Part shown: one piece after another, positions 10,031 through 19,631 of the stretch
Numbering within the stretch: the first letter of the stretch is position 1
Layout: each line of letters begins with the position of its first letter
NCBI GenBank assembly: GCA_045105515.1
Contig: JBGCDR010000051.1
Location: 12,173 to 76,172 of the forward strand
Reading direction: 5' to 3'
Source: Oligoflexales bacterium
Lineage (GTDB): Bacteria > Bdellovibrionota_B > Oligoflexia > Oligoflexales > Bog-1112
Length of the DNA: 64,000 nt
Notes under the pieces: model-generated
The model's input: only the letters and a program-made list of their open reading frames with translations
Told to the model about the DNA's origin: nothing
Databases searched by the model: none
Position numbers and translations under genes: made by a program

Positions 10031-10053
10031 TAGTATTTAGAGTGGGGGGTAAT

Positions 10054-10416
10054 TTAAAGGAAACTTTGGATTTTTTCCCAGGTCAATTCGGATTTTTCAA
10101 TTTTTCCATCTGCAAATTTATCGATGTTTTCTTGATCAAAGCCAAAGTGTTCAAGTGTTGAACAAACTAGAATGGTTCCTTTGAATCCTAGGTCAACCCG
10201 GACAAACTCTAACAAGTTTAGAGAAACTATTGTTTTGCCTTTTAACTTGTAATCAAAGATGATTAGGTCAGTTGAAGCAAGGGTTTCTGCCGATTCCTTT
10301 TCTTCCAATTTTCCTTCGCTTAAATAGTAGCGAGCATTAATATCTTTCCCAGAAAAAATGTCTTTGTATAAATTTAAAAAAAATGACTCATCGTCAAGTA
10401 CTATCACATTTAGCAT
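10054..10416 (-). CDS. Single-domain response regulator (CheY-like receiver)
   Basis: VIVLDDE acidic pocket, DLIIFD phosphoacceptor, VCST and conserved Lys. AGGAG SD upstream. Confidence 0.88.
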   Translation of the reverse strand: MLNVIVLDDESFFLNLYKDIFSGKDINARYYLSEGKLEEKESAETLASTDLIIFDYKLKGKTIVSLNLLEFVRVDLGFKGTILVCSTLEHFGFDQENIDKFADGKIEKSELTWEKIQSFL

Positions 10417-10462
10417 CGTTATTCTCCTGTATATGCCTACCGATTTAGTCTCAAGTCGAGAG

Positions 10463-11023
10463 CTATTCGGTGTCTTTTTGATTCTTGAGCTTTACAAGCT
10501 TCAAGGCTTTGGTTACCTGATCCATCACATCAATATCAAGCTCTTCTAGGTCAGCTACTAAACTCATGAAATTTTCGAAATATTTAGTTTGTCTTCGACC
10601 TTTGCTGCAAATTTCAACAAAGCGCTTTCTTGTTTTGAGGTTGAGTCCATCACACGCCTGGAGAATAATGTTTTCCCAATTTTCGAGACCTTCCTTCAAA
10701 TTTCCTTGATGATCGAATCTAGGATTTTCATCTAAAAGGTAAGCTACAAAATCAGTTATGGGTATGTCTCGAAGGTTTGCAAGGGACTGAAGATAACTAA
10801 TGGCAGTAAGCAGTTTAGGTGTGGGTTTCGTGGCACCCCTTACTTCGTAGTATCTAGGTAGTCCTATGTTGAGATAATCGGCCATAGCTTGTGACACCGA
10901 TGGAGAACTTAGATCGTTCGCTTGCTTGTATTCCATTTCATACTTTTTGATGTAGTGGCTCAGTAGCTGCTGTAGCTTAACCTTCTCGTGTTCACTTAAG
11001 GGTACTTTTTCTGGTAACTTCAT
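10463..11023 (-). CDS. Hypothetical protein with a putative helix-turn-helix
   Basis: Likely start ATG 11023 after GGAG. SVSQAMADYLNIGLPRYYEVRG resembles an Xre-type HTH. Confidence 0.55.
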   Translation of the reverse strand: MKLPEKVPLSEHEKVKLQQLLSHYIKKYEMEYKQANDLSSPSVSQAMADYLNIGLPRYYEVRGATKPTPKLLTAISYLQSLANLRDIPITDFVAYLLDENPRFDHQGNLKEGLENWENIILQACDGLNLKTRKRFVEICSKGRRQTKYFENFMSLVADLEELDIDVMDQVTKALKLVKLKNQKDTE

Positions 11024-11084
11024 GCTAACTCCTAATGGAGATGTAAAAAAATCAAAAATTTTTTGTGTCAAATCACATCAGGCG

Positions 11085-11119
11085 ATCATTGGGCAATGAT
11101 ATTAGATGATTGTGCAATC
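11085..11119. promoter_or_regulatory. Two related palindromes (candidate operators)
   Basis: ATCATTG-GG-CAATGAT (11085-11100) and GATTG-TG-CAATC (11108-11119), sharing the core ATTG-NN-CAAT. Confidence 0.45.
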
Positions 11120-11417
11120 GAAATCGTGAAAAAACACTATTTAAAAAGTGATAAAAGATAACATAAAGCTATTTCTGATCCAAGCTAATTGTAAAAGTAG
11201 GGCATAACATCCTATAATATAGGGAGAATATAATTAATATTTTGTCTCTTTTTCTGCTTTTTCATGTTCCTTTGCTTCTAACAATAGCTATGCATCTTCT
11301 TTTTTCCTTGCAATCTGAAGCTTTGCTTCTTTATAAACACAACATAAATGAAAACATCAGGAGCAACTAAGCTTTGTGTAAGAATCTAATAAATATAGTT
11401 TTTGTGGGTAATTGCTT

Positions 11418-12647
11418 ATGAAAGAAATAGATTGGAACAAAAAACTTTTCAAATTTATATTAGTCTTGGCACCTTCGGTTATGACCTTGGGTATGGCAAT
11501 GGATATCTATATTCCTTCCGTTCCAAAAATGCCGCAATCATTGAATACAAATGCTGGATCTATTCAATTTACTTTGACAGTTTTTCTTTTGGGCTTTGGT
11601 CTTGGTCAACTGTTCATGGGACCACTTTGTGATCGTTATGGGAGGCGCTTGTTAGGTATTTTGAGCGCTATTACCTATATTGCCTCTTCATTAATGTGTG
11701 CAGTGGCAGTAAATGTTGAAGTGCTTATAATCGCAAGAATATTTCAAGCTTTTGGGGCTTGTGGTACACAAATTGTAGCATTTGCTGTTGTTAAAGACTT
11801 GTTACAAGGAAAACAAGCAGTATTAGTAATCAATTATCTGAAAGGGGTTATGGGAATTGCTCCAATAGTTGCACCTATCATTGGAGCCTTTCTTGATTCT
11901 TATTTTGGTTGGAGGATGTCATTTGGGTTTTTGGCTTTGTTTGGAGTTTTAGTATTGTCGATATCATATTTTATCCTTTCTGAATCACTACCAATAAAGT
12001 CACAAATTCCAATTGATTATCGGTTACTAAGTCGCTATGGTAGGTTATATGGAAATCCCCAGTTTTTGATTTTTTCTGCATGTTGCATCTCCGCACACTC
12101 GGTGTTATTTTGCTTTTTTTCGATTTCACCTCATATCATCATTTCTATTCTAGGTTTTGATACCACAGAGTTCAGTCTGTTTTTTGGAATAAATGCAGTG
12201 GTGTTTTTTGTTAGTAGTGTTGTTTCTGGAAAAATTCAGATTCGAGTTGGAGCTACCAATACAATAATTTATGGATCTAGTTTGATTTTTTTCGGTGGTT
12301 TGATAATGCTGACTTTTCATGCTTTCAATGGTTTAAGCTTGCTTCAATTTTTGTTACCGAGCTACTTAGCATCTGCTGGAGTTGCTTTTGTGTTGGGTAA
12401 TGCAATGGCTGAAGGTATAGCTCCTTACTCTAATATGGTAGGCACAGCAGCAGCAGCTATGGGATGCCTAGAAGTTTTGGTCGCGGGTCTTATTGGTAAT
12501 ACTATGATGAGTTTTGGACCCATAAATGATAGTTTTCCAGAAGCTATCACTTTATTGTTTCTTGGGTCTGCTCCGTTGATTCTTCTGTTTTTGAACAGAT
12601 TTATTTCTAAACAGAAAGTGTTGAAACCAAGTCAAGTTGTGAGTTAA
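11418..12647 (+). CDS. Bcr/CflA family multidrug MFS efflux transporter
   Basis: Motifs AMDIYIPSVP, GPLCDRYGRR, RIFQAFG and APIVAPIIG; about 12 TM segments. Confidence 0.92.
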   Translation: MKEIDWNKKLFKFILVLAPSVMTLGMAMDIYIPSVPKMPQSLNTNAGSIQFTLTVFLLGFGLGQLFMGPLCDRYGRRLLGILSAITYIASSLMCAVAVNVEVLIIARIFQAFGACGTQIVAFAVVKDLLQGKQAVLVINYLKGVMGIAPIVAPIIGAFLDSYFGWRMSFGFLALFGVLVLSISYFILSESLPIKSQIPIDYRLLSRYGRLYGNPQFLIFSACCISAHSVLFCFFSISPHIIISILGFDTTEFSLFFGINAVVFFVSSVVSGKIQIRVGATNTIIYGSSLIFFGGLIMLTFHAFNGLSLLQFLLPSYLASAGVAFVLGNAMAEGIAPYSNMVGTAAAAMGCLEVLVAGLIGNTMMSFGPINDSFPEAITLLFLGSAPLILLFLNRFISKQKVLKPSQVVS

Positions 12648-12677
12648 AGGTGAGTTCTCGGATTTGCAAACTTAAAA

Positions 12678-14636
12678 CTACTGTCGGCCCATCGCGTTTA
12701 ATTGGTTCAAGGTGTCTTCTAGCTCTTCGGATGCTTCGAGCCATTCAACTTCTTCGTCCTCTAGGCGGTTTTTTAGTTCCTGATTTTCTTTATGTTTATT
12801 GTTGATAGCTTCGTAGTCGTTTGGATCGAGTGAGCTCAAGCCTTCTTCGTTCAGAGAAATTTTTTCTTTTAAAATTTCCATAGATTTTTCAAGTCTCGAG
12901 GCATTTTTTTCAAGTCGGGACTTTTTTCGTTTTAGTTCCTTAAAATTCGTTTGGACTAAATTATCTAGTGTTTTTGTATTAGCATCTTTTTGCGAATTAT
13001 CATCATCTGAACATGGATCAAGGACATCTGGAAAGCCTGCTATTGTAGCTAGTTTTTTATAGTCTTCTAAGTTTCCCTCAAATAGCATAGATCTACCATC
13101 AGGTAGCATTGCAAAAACATGGCTACATACTCGATCAATAAGTTCTCTGTCATGGCTTACAAATATCATGGTACCTTTGTAGCCATTTAAAGCCGATATG
13201 AGACTTTCTGCGCTCTTCATATCGAGATGGTTGGTTGGTTCATCCAATAGAAGCAAATTTGATTTTCTACTTAATACATTCGCTAAACCAACACGGCTTT
13301 TTTCACCACCTGACAAAATTTTTACCTGTTTAAATACGTCATCTCCGCTGAATAAAAAGCTTCCTAACAAACCACGGATTTCCCTTTGTCCCCAATCTGT
13401 ATTTCTTTGAATGTTATCGAAAATGCTTAGCTCGGGATTTAGGGTTTCTAGCTGGTCCTGAGCAAAATAAGAAATTAGAGTTTTGTTACCTGTGAGAAAA
13501 TTTCCTTCTAATGCTTTAATCTTACCAACAATTGTTTTGAGAAATGTCGATTTACCAATGCCGTTAGCACCGATTATCGCAATCTTATGACCACGCTCAA
13601 TTTGAAGTTTAATTCCACGGCTTAAGGCTTTTGTATAGCCTATCGATCCATTATCGACATTAAAAAGAATGCGATCTGATTTTTCGGGCTCTGGTAGTGT
13701 AAAGGATAACTTTATATCAGGTCTTTCTTCTGGAATTTGTGATTCTTCTTGCTCGAGGCGAGCGATCATCTTTACTCGAGATTGGGCTTGTTTGGCTTTT
13801 GTTGCTTTAGCACCAAAGCGTTTGACAAATGACTCTAACTCATCTTTACGACGTAGAAGTTGAGCTCTAGTTGCTGCTTCCTGATCCCGCCTGAGGGTAC
13901 TAGATTCTAAGAATTTATTATAATTGCCCTTATAAGGGACCAAAGCACCTTGGTGAAGGTGTAAGGTCATACTTGCAAGACGGTTCAATAATGTCTTATC
14001 GTGGGAAACAAATAAAAGGGTACCTGCAAAGCTTTTTAAATAGTTTTCAACCCAAACCAAACTCGGAAGGTCTAAATGGTTTGTAGGCTCATCGAGAATT
14101 AGGAAATCAGGATTTTTGATAAACAGTTTAGCCAGCTCAAGTCGCATTCTCCAGCCACCCGACAGTTTCAATGGTGACTCCTTGAGTATCTCAGGAGAAA
14201 ATCCTAGTCCACTTAGGATTGAACTAGCTTTTGCAGTGAGGCTATAACCTCCTGCTGATTTATAAGCTGTTTCGGCCGCTTCGTAGGTTTGGATGGAATC
14301 TTCTTGATGGTCCATCTCCATTGTTTTTACAGCTGCATCCATCTTAAATTTGAGGTCAACAAGGTGTTTATTGCCTGCTTCACATTCTTCGATTACAGTA
14401 GGTTTTGGATGATTGTTGGGCTCTTGAGGTAGGTACCCCAAGCTTATCTTTTGTGGCTTTAGTATGGTTCCTTCATCAGGACTCTCAAGCTCAGTTATCA
14501 TATTAAGAAGAGTCGACTTCCCTGCTCCATTGTCACCTATGAGAGCTATTTTTTCCCCATGTGGAAAGTGAAATGATGCTCCTCGCATCAGTATTTTATT
14601 GCCATATGATTTTACTAAATTTTCTATGCGGATCAC
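12678..14636 (-). CDS. ABC-F family ATPase (YheS/Uup-like, ribosome associated)
   Basis: Two NBDs (GDNGAGKST, LSGGWRMR, LDEPTNHLD; GANGIGKST, LSGGEKSR), linker KAKQAQSR, C-terminal coiled coil and no TM segments. Confidence 0.95.
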   Translation of the reverse strand: MIRIENLVKSYGNKILMRGASFHFPHGEKIALIGDNGAGKSTLLNMITELESPDEGTILKPQKISLGYLPQEPNNHPKPTVIEECEAGNKHLVDLKFKMDAAVKTMEMDHQEDSIQTYEAAETAYKSAGGYSLTAKASSILSGLGFSPEILKESPLKLSGGWRMRLELAKLFIKNPDFLILDEPTNHLDLPSLVWVENYLKSFAGTLLFVSHDKTLLNRLASMTLHLHQGALVPYKGNYNKFLESSTLRRDQEAATRAQLLRRKDELESFVKRFGAKATKAKQAQSRVKMIARLEQEESQIPEERPDIKLSFTLPEPEKSDRILFNVDNGSIGYTKALSRGIKLQIERGHKIAIIGANGIGKSTFLKTIVGKIKALEGNFLTGNKTLISYFAQDQLETLNPELSIFDNIQRNTDWGQREIRGLLGSFLFSGDDVFKQVKILSGGEKSRVGLANVLSRKSNLLLLDEPTNHLDMKSAESLISALNGYKGTMIFVSHDRELIDRVCSHVFAMLPDGRSMLFEGNLEDYKKLATIAGFPDVLDPCSDDDNSQKDANTKTLDNLVQTNFKELKRKKSRLEKNASRLEKSMEILKEKISLNEEGLSSLDPNDYEAINNKHKENQELKNRLEDEEVEWLEASEELEDTLNQLNAMGRQ

Positions 14637-14872
14637 TCTTACTTCTCCTTGATACCCAACTTTATATAGGTTTTGAGATCTTAAATTTTTTTATAGTTCC
14701 ATGCAATCTGCAAGCTAAGAAAGAGTGTCTTATTGATCAAGGTTACGCATTTATTGAAGTTTTAGTTGGATTTTATACTAAGATCATTTAATCTGAGGTA
14801 TATTAGATATGAACTTAACTATCCTAAAAAACTAAAGCTTTCTCCAATCTTTAACCACTGAAAGAATCTGCT

Positions 14873-16279
14873 ATGAGTGTTGTTTCGAACGATGAGTGGT
14901 TTGGTCACCCTAAAGGGCTCTTCATTTTGTTTTTTACAGAGCTTTGGGAACGGTTTAGCTATTATGGAATGAGAGCTATCCTCGTACTATACATGATTTC
15001 GCTCTCTTCAGGGCAAAACCCAGGGTTTGGTTGGGATGAAGCGACTGCACTTAGCATTTATGGTTGGTATACCATGGCTGTTTATTTAGCCTCCATACCG
15101 GGGGGCATTCTAGCTGATCGCATGCTTGGTCAGAAAACAACGGTTATGTTAGGTGGAGGTTTGCTGTGTGCTGGGCATATGGTTTTGGCAATCAATGCCA
15201 TGTGGGCATTTTTTCTTGGTCTCGGCTTGATAGTCTTGGGTGTTGGTGCTTTAAAGCCAAATATTTCGACCATGGTTGGAGGTTTGTACGAGCCTTCTGA
15301 TATTAGACGTGATTCTGGTTTCACCATTTTTTACATTGGCATCAACTTAGGAGCATTTTTGGCGGCTCTTGTGGTTGGGTATGTGGGCGAGAAGGTGGGC
15401 TGGCATTATGGCTTTGGCTTAGCAGGCATTGGGATGTTTGTAGGACAAGCAGTCTACATCTTTGGGCAAAAGCACTTAAAACATGTTGGTAATCTATATG
15501 CAGGCGAAAAAGGTGAAGGTCAGGGTAAAAACAAGCATTTAAGCCCCGTAGAGAAAGATCGGATTGTTGTCCTATTCATATCTTTTCTTATTGTCATTGT
15601 ATTTTGGGGAGCTTTCGAACAAGCCGGCGGGTTGATGAACATCTATACCAAGCAAAAAATAAATCGCATGATGTTTGGTTTCGAAATTCCGGCAAGTACC
15701 TTTCAGTCGTTAAATCCGCTGTTTATCATGATGTTTGGTACTTTGGTTGCAACATTTTGGATGGGCCGAAAGCGAAAAAACAAGGAATCATCATCACTTT
15801 TCAAGATGGCTATTGGAACCATGATAATGGGTTTAGGATTTCTGCTCATGAGTTTTGCTGCAATTGAAGCGCAAACAGCAAGCAATGGCCAAGCCGCCAT
15901 GGTTTGGTTAGTCGGTGCATATTTTCTCCACACAATTGGAGAGCTTTGTGCATCACCTGTTGCTCTCTCATTTATTACGAGATTGGCTCCCGCCAAATAT
16001 GCTTCTATCATGATGGGAGTTTTCTTTGCCTGTACAGGCCTCGGTAACAAGATTGCTGGCCTCGTTGGTGAAGCAGCTCAGGATGCAGGTGAACTGCATG
16101 TTTTTACTGGAATTTGTGTTTTTTGTGTGATTTTTGGCCTCCTTATTATTGCCTTTTTAAGGCAATTAAAACGGCTAACTCATGGAGCGGAAGAAGATTT
16201 AGTGTCGAGTATCCGTGCTGATAGCAAGCTCAATGACAAATTTTCATCCCAAGGTGATGAGCAGGTTCGAACTTCGTAA
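14873..16279 (+). CDS. POT/PTR family proton-dependent di/tripeptide transporter
   Basis: Motifs GHPKGL..LFFTELWERFSYYGMR, KPNIS, FYIGINLGA, FEQAG and GELC.SP. Confidence 0.95.
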   Translation: MSVVSNDEWFGHPKGLFILFFTELWERFSYYGMRAILVLYMISLSSGQNPGFGWDEATALSIYGWYTMAVYLASIPGGILADRMLGQKTTVMLGGGLLCAGHMVLAINAMWAFFLGLGLIVLGVGALKPNISTMVGGLYEPSDIRRDSGFTIFYIGINLGAFLAALVVGYVGEKVGWHYGFGLAGIGMFVGQAVYIFGQKHLKHVGNLYAGEKGEGQGKNKHLSPVEKDRIVVLFISFLIVIVFWGAFEQAGGLMNIYTKQKINRMMFGFEIPASTFQSLNPLFIMMFGTLVATFWMGRKRKNKESSSLFKMAIGTMIMGLGFLLMSFAAIEAQTASNGQAAMVWLVGAYFLHTIGELCASPVALSFITRLAPAKYASIMMGVFFACTGLGNKIAGLVGEAAQDAGELHVFTGICVFCVIFGLLIIAFLRQLKRLTHGAEEDLVSSIRADSKLNDKFSSQGDEQVRTS

Positions 16280-16286
16280 AACCCCG

Positions 16287-16411
16287 ACCCCAAAGGCTTT
16301 TGCCCTTGCTAAAAAGCTCATTAGCAAGGTATCTTCAAAAGCTTGTATCGATAAGGCCAATGAGTCATAAATGGTCACTCAAGCCGAAAAAATTGTCTAT
16401 TAAATTGGGGT
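16287..16411 (+). promoter_or_regulatory. Structured intergenic/leader region upstream of ileS
   Basis: Nested complementary segments: ACCCCAA/TTGGGGT, GCTTTTG/CAAAAGC, CCTTGCTAA/TTAGCAAGG and TGAGT/ACTCA. Confidence 0.35.
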
Positions 16412-16418
16412 AAGTTAC

Positions 16419-19400
16419 ATGAAAACGGTGGCTCCAGAGGTTAGCTTTCCTAAGATTGAAGATGAAGTTTTACAGGAATGGCAGAAGAACAAAACTTTTC
16501 AGAAGCAAAACCAGTGGCGAGAGAGTGCCAAAGAGTTTGCTTTTTATGATGGGCCTCCTTTTGCAAATGGACTTCCTCACTATGGTCACCTCTTAGCGAA
16601 CACCATAAAAGATACCGTGCCAAGGTACTGGATTATGCGAGGCTTCAAGGTCAATCGAAGATTTGGCTGGGATTGTCATGGCTTACCGGTTGAATTTGAG
16701 ATAGAGAAACGTGAAAAATTAAAAGGGCGTCCTGATATATTGAAGCTGGGAATTTCTCAGTTCAATGAAATGTGTCGGGAGTCCGTTCTTCATTATGCAG
16801 AGGAATGGAAGAAAACCATAACTCGTATGGGAAGATGGGTCGATTGGGACGACCAATACCGTACAATGGATTTGGATTTCATGGAGTCAGTATGGTGGGT
16901 TTTTGGTGAACTTTATAAAAAGGGCTTAGTTTACCAAGGATTTAAGATTGTTCCCTATTCGCCTCGGACAGGCTCCGTAGTTTCGAATTTCGAAGCAAAT
17001 CAGAACTATAAAGATGTTCAAGATCCATCAGTCACAGTAAAGTTCAAGTTAAAAGACGAAGATGCATGGATACTTAGCTGGACCACTACTCCTTGGACTT
17101 TGCCATCAAATCTCGCTTTAGCTATTGGTGAAGACATTGAATATGTGAAAATCAAAGACAATGAAAGTGGTGAGCACTGGATCTTGGCAAAAGCTCGTCT
17201 TGATGCACTTTACCCCTCAAAAAAAGGGAAGAAATCAAAAGCTGAAGCCAAACCTTATGAGTTGATTGAGAGCATAAAGTCATCTGATTTGGCAGGAAAG
17301 TCTTACAAGCCAATGTTTCCTTTCTTTAAGGACCAGCCGAATGCTTTCATCATCATACTTGCAGATTTCGTTTCAACAGAAGATGGAACTGGGATTGTTC
17401 ACCAAGCTCCAGCATTTGGTGAGGATGACTACCTATGCTGCCGTAAGCACAATATCGATCTTGTTGATCCCATTGATGACAATGGATGTTTCACTAGCCA
17501 AGTTCCTGCATATAAAGGACTAAATTTCAAGGAAGCTGATAAGCATATCTGCAAGGACTTGCGCGAAATAGGAGTCCTCCTACGGCATGAAACCTTGGTG
17601 CATAGCTATCCTTTTGATGAGAGGACTGATACCCCTCTCATTTACAAGGCGGTGCCTTCATGGTACGTGGCTGTAGAAAAATTTGTTTCAAAGCTAGTCG
17701 AAAATAATAAAAAAATTAACTGGGTCCCTTCCCATATTAAGGAAGGACGGATGGGAAGCTGGTTGCAAAATGCAAGGGATTGGGCTATCAGCCGCAACCG
17801 TTTTTGGGGAACTCCGCTGCCAGTTTGGGTTTGTGAAAATGACAAAGAACACCTTGAAGTTGTAGCAAGTGTTAAAGATCTAGAATCTAAAACTGGGGAA
17901 AAAATAGATGATATTCATAAACATTTTATTTCAAAGCTGAGCTTTTCATGTAGTCAGTGTTCGGGGTCAATGAAAGCAGTAGATGTTGTATTTGACTGTT
18001 GGTTTGAGTCTGGTTCAATGCCTTATGCTCAGCTCCATTATCCTCATGAGAATAAAGAACGCTTTGCCTCAATATTTCCCGCAGATTTCGTTGCTGAGGG
18101 TTTGGATCAAACCAGGGGTTGGTTCTATACTTTAAATGTTCTATCAAATGCTTTATTTGATAAACCAGCCTTTAAGAACGTTATCGTAAATGGCGTGATT
18201 CTTGATGAAAATGGCAAGAAAATGTCAAAACGCCATCGAAATTACACTCCACCTGACGAACTAATTGCTAAATATGGTGCTGATAGCGTTCGTTTGTATA
18301 TGCTTAATTCCTCACTTTTACGGGCTGAAAATCTTATTTTCACTGATAAGGGGGTGAAGGATGTTACGCGAGCTGTATTGTTGCCTCTGTGGAATGCTTA
18401 TAGCTTTCTGTCCACATACGCCGAGTCAGATGAATGGAAGCCTTCCGCTAAACTAAGTAAGGCTCAGATCCCTCACTTAGAAAATGATCTTGATCGTTGG
18501 ATCGTTTCCAGACTCCAGTCATTGGTTGAGAAAGTTCATAATCACATGGAGGAGTACAAACTATATCAGGTAGTTCCGCCAGTTGTGGACTTTATTGAGG
18601 ATCTCACCAATTGGTACATTCGCCTAAGTAGAAGACGGTTTTGGGGTGACCCGCAAGTCGATGGCTTAAGCCCTGACCAGCAGCAAGCTTATTCCACCTT
18701 GTTTTATGTGCTGCTAGAGTTTTCAAAGATATTCGCGCCTTTTGCGCCATTTATTTCCGACAGGATTTATAACAACCTTTTGAATTCTCAAGCGGAATCT
18801 CCTGAGTCTGTGCATTTGTGTGATATGCCAGTGATGAATGAAAAACTTCAGGATATTAGCTTGGAATCTGATATGGACTTGCTTCGAAGAGCCACAAACC
18901 TTGGCCGGTCTTTGCGTCAACAACATAAAATCAAAATCAGACAGGTGCTCCCCTCAATGCTGGTGATCACCCACAAAGAAAGTGATCGCAGTGCAATTCA
19001 ACGGGGAAGCGCATTACTTAAGAGTGAATTGAACATTAAGCAGATTGATTTCACCACTGAGGAAGCGAAACATGTCCGCCTCTCTCTTAAACCAAATCTA
19101 AAAACCTTAGGACGGCGGTTAGGTAAAAATCTCAACGTAATTCGTCAGCATCTCACAGAACTAAATAAGTCCCATGAAAAAGTGAGTAAGCTGCTTCAAG
19201 ATCTTGCTGAGCAAGGAAGTATTGATATTCTTGGACACTGCTTAACTCTGGAAGATTTTTTGGTGGACAGGGGTCCGCTTGATGATCGTTTAATAGCTAC
19301 TGAGATGGGAGTTACAGTATTATTAGATACTAACTTGACTCCTGAATTGGTTGCTGAGGGCTATGCTCGGGAGTTGGTTAATAGAATTCAAAACCTCCGT

Positions 19401-19631
19401 AAAGACAGTCAGTTGAATATTTCTGATAGAATTCTCTTACAGGTACTTGCACCTGAAAAGCTGGTGACTGCAGTCGAAAGTTACCAGGATTATATCCTTA
19501 GGGAAACCTTAGGAACCTCTTTGAACCTAATAGAAGGTGGGGGTGAGTGTGATCTTGAGTTTACACAAAGTTATGAAATTGAGGGTATGAACTGTGTCAT
19601 TGCCTTGGAGACAGTTTCGAGCCATTCTTAA
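16419..19631 (+). CDS. ileS: Isoleucine--tRNA ligase, type 2 (eukaryote/archaea-like)
   Basis: Motifs FYDGPPFANGLPHYGH, GWDCHGLP, WTTTPWTLPSN, DWAISRNRFWGTP, EGLDQTRGWFY and KMSKR. Long C-terminus (EGYARELVNRIQ) without the IleRS1 zinc finger. Confidence 0.97.
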   Translation: MKTVAPEVSFPKIEDEVLQEWQKNKTFQKQNQWRESAKEFAFYDGPPFANGLPHYGHLLANTIKDTVPRYWIMRGFKVNRRFGWDCHGLPVEFEIEKREKLKGRPDILKLGISQFNEMCRESVLHYAEEWKKTITRMGRWVDWDDQYRTMDLDFMESVWWVFGELYKKGLVYQGFKIVPYSPRTGSVVSNFEANQNYKDVQDPSVTVKFKLKDEDAWILSWTTTPWTLPSNLALAIGEDIEYVKIKDNESGEHWILAKARLDALYPSKKGKKSKAEAKPYELIESIKSSDLAGKSYKPMFPFFKDQPNAFIIILADFVSTEDGTGIVHQAPAFGEDDYLCCRKHNIDLVDPIDDNGCFTSQVPAYKGLNFKEADKHICKDLREIGVLLRHETLVHSYPFDERTDTPLIYKAVPSWYVAVEKFVSKLVENNKKINWVPSHIKEGRMGSWLQNARDWAISRNRFWGTPLPVWVCENDKEHLEVVASVKDLESKTGEKIDDIHKHFISKLSFSCSQCSGSMKAVDVVFDCWFESGSMPYAQLHYPHENKERFASIFPADFVAEGLDQTRGWFYTLNVLSNALFDKPAFKNVIVNGVILDENGKKMSKRHRNYTPPDELIAKYGADSVRLYMLNSSLLRAENLIFTDKGVKDVTRAVLLPLWNAYSFLSTYAESDEWKPSAKLSKAQIPHLENDLDRWIVSRLQSLVEKVHNHMEEYKLYQVVPPVVDFIEDLTNWYIRLSRRRFWGDPQVDGLSPDQQQAYSTLFYVLLEFSKIFAPFAPFISDRIYNNLLNSQAESPESVHLCDMPVMNEKLQDISLESDMDLLRRATNLGRSLRQQHKIKIRQVLPSMLVITHKESDRSAIQRGSALLKSELNIKQIDFTTEEAKHVRLSLKPNLKTLGRRLGKNLNVIRQHLTELNKSHEKVSKLLQDLAEQGSIDILGHCLTLEDFLVDRGPLDDRLIATEMGVTVLLDTNLTPELVAEGYARELVNRIQNLRKDSQLNISDRILLQVLAPEKLVTAVESYQDYILRETLGTSLNLIEGGGECDLEFTQSYEIEGMNCVIALETVSSHS

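Noticed and set aside
16280..16418. T-box riboswitch upstream of ileS
   Set aside because: No TGGNACC T-box or recognisable stem I motifs, and the region is short.
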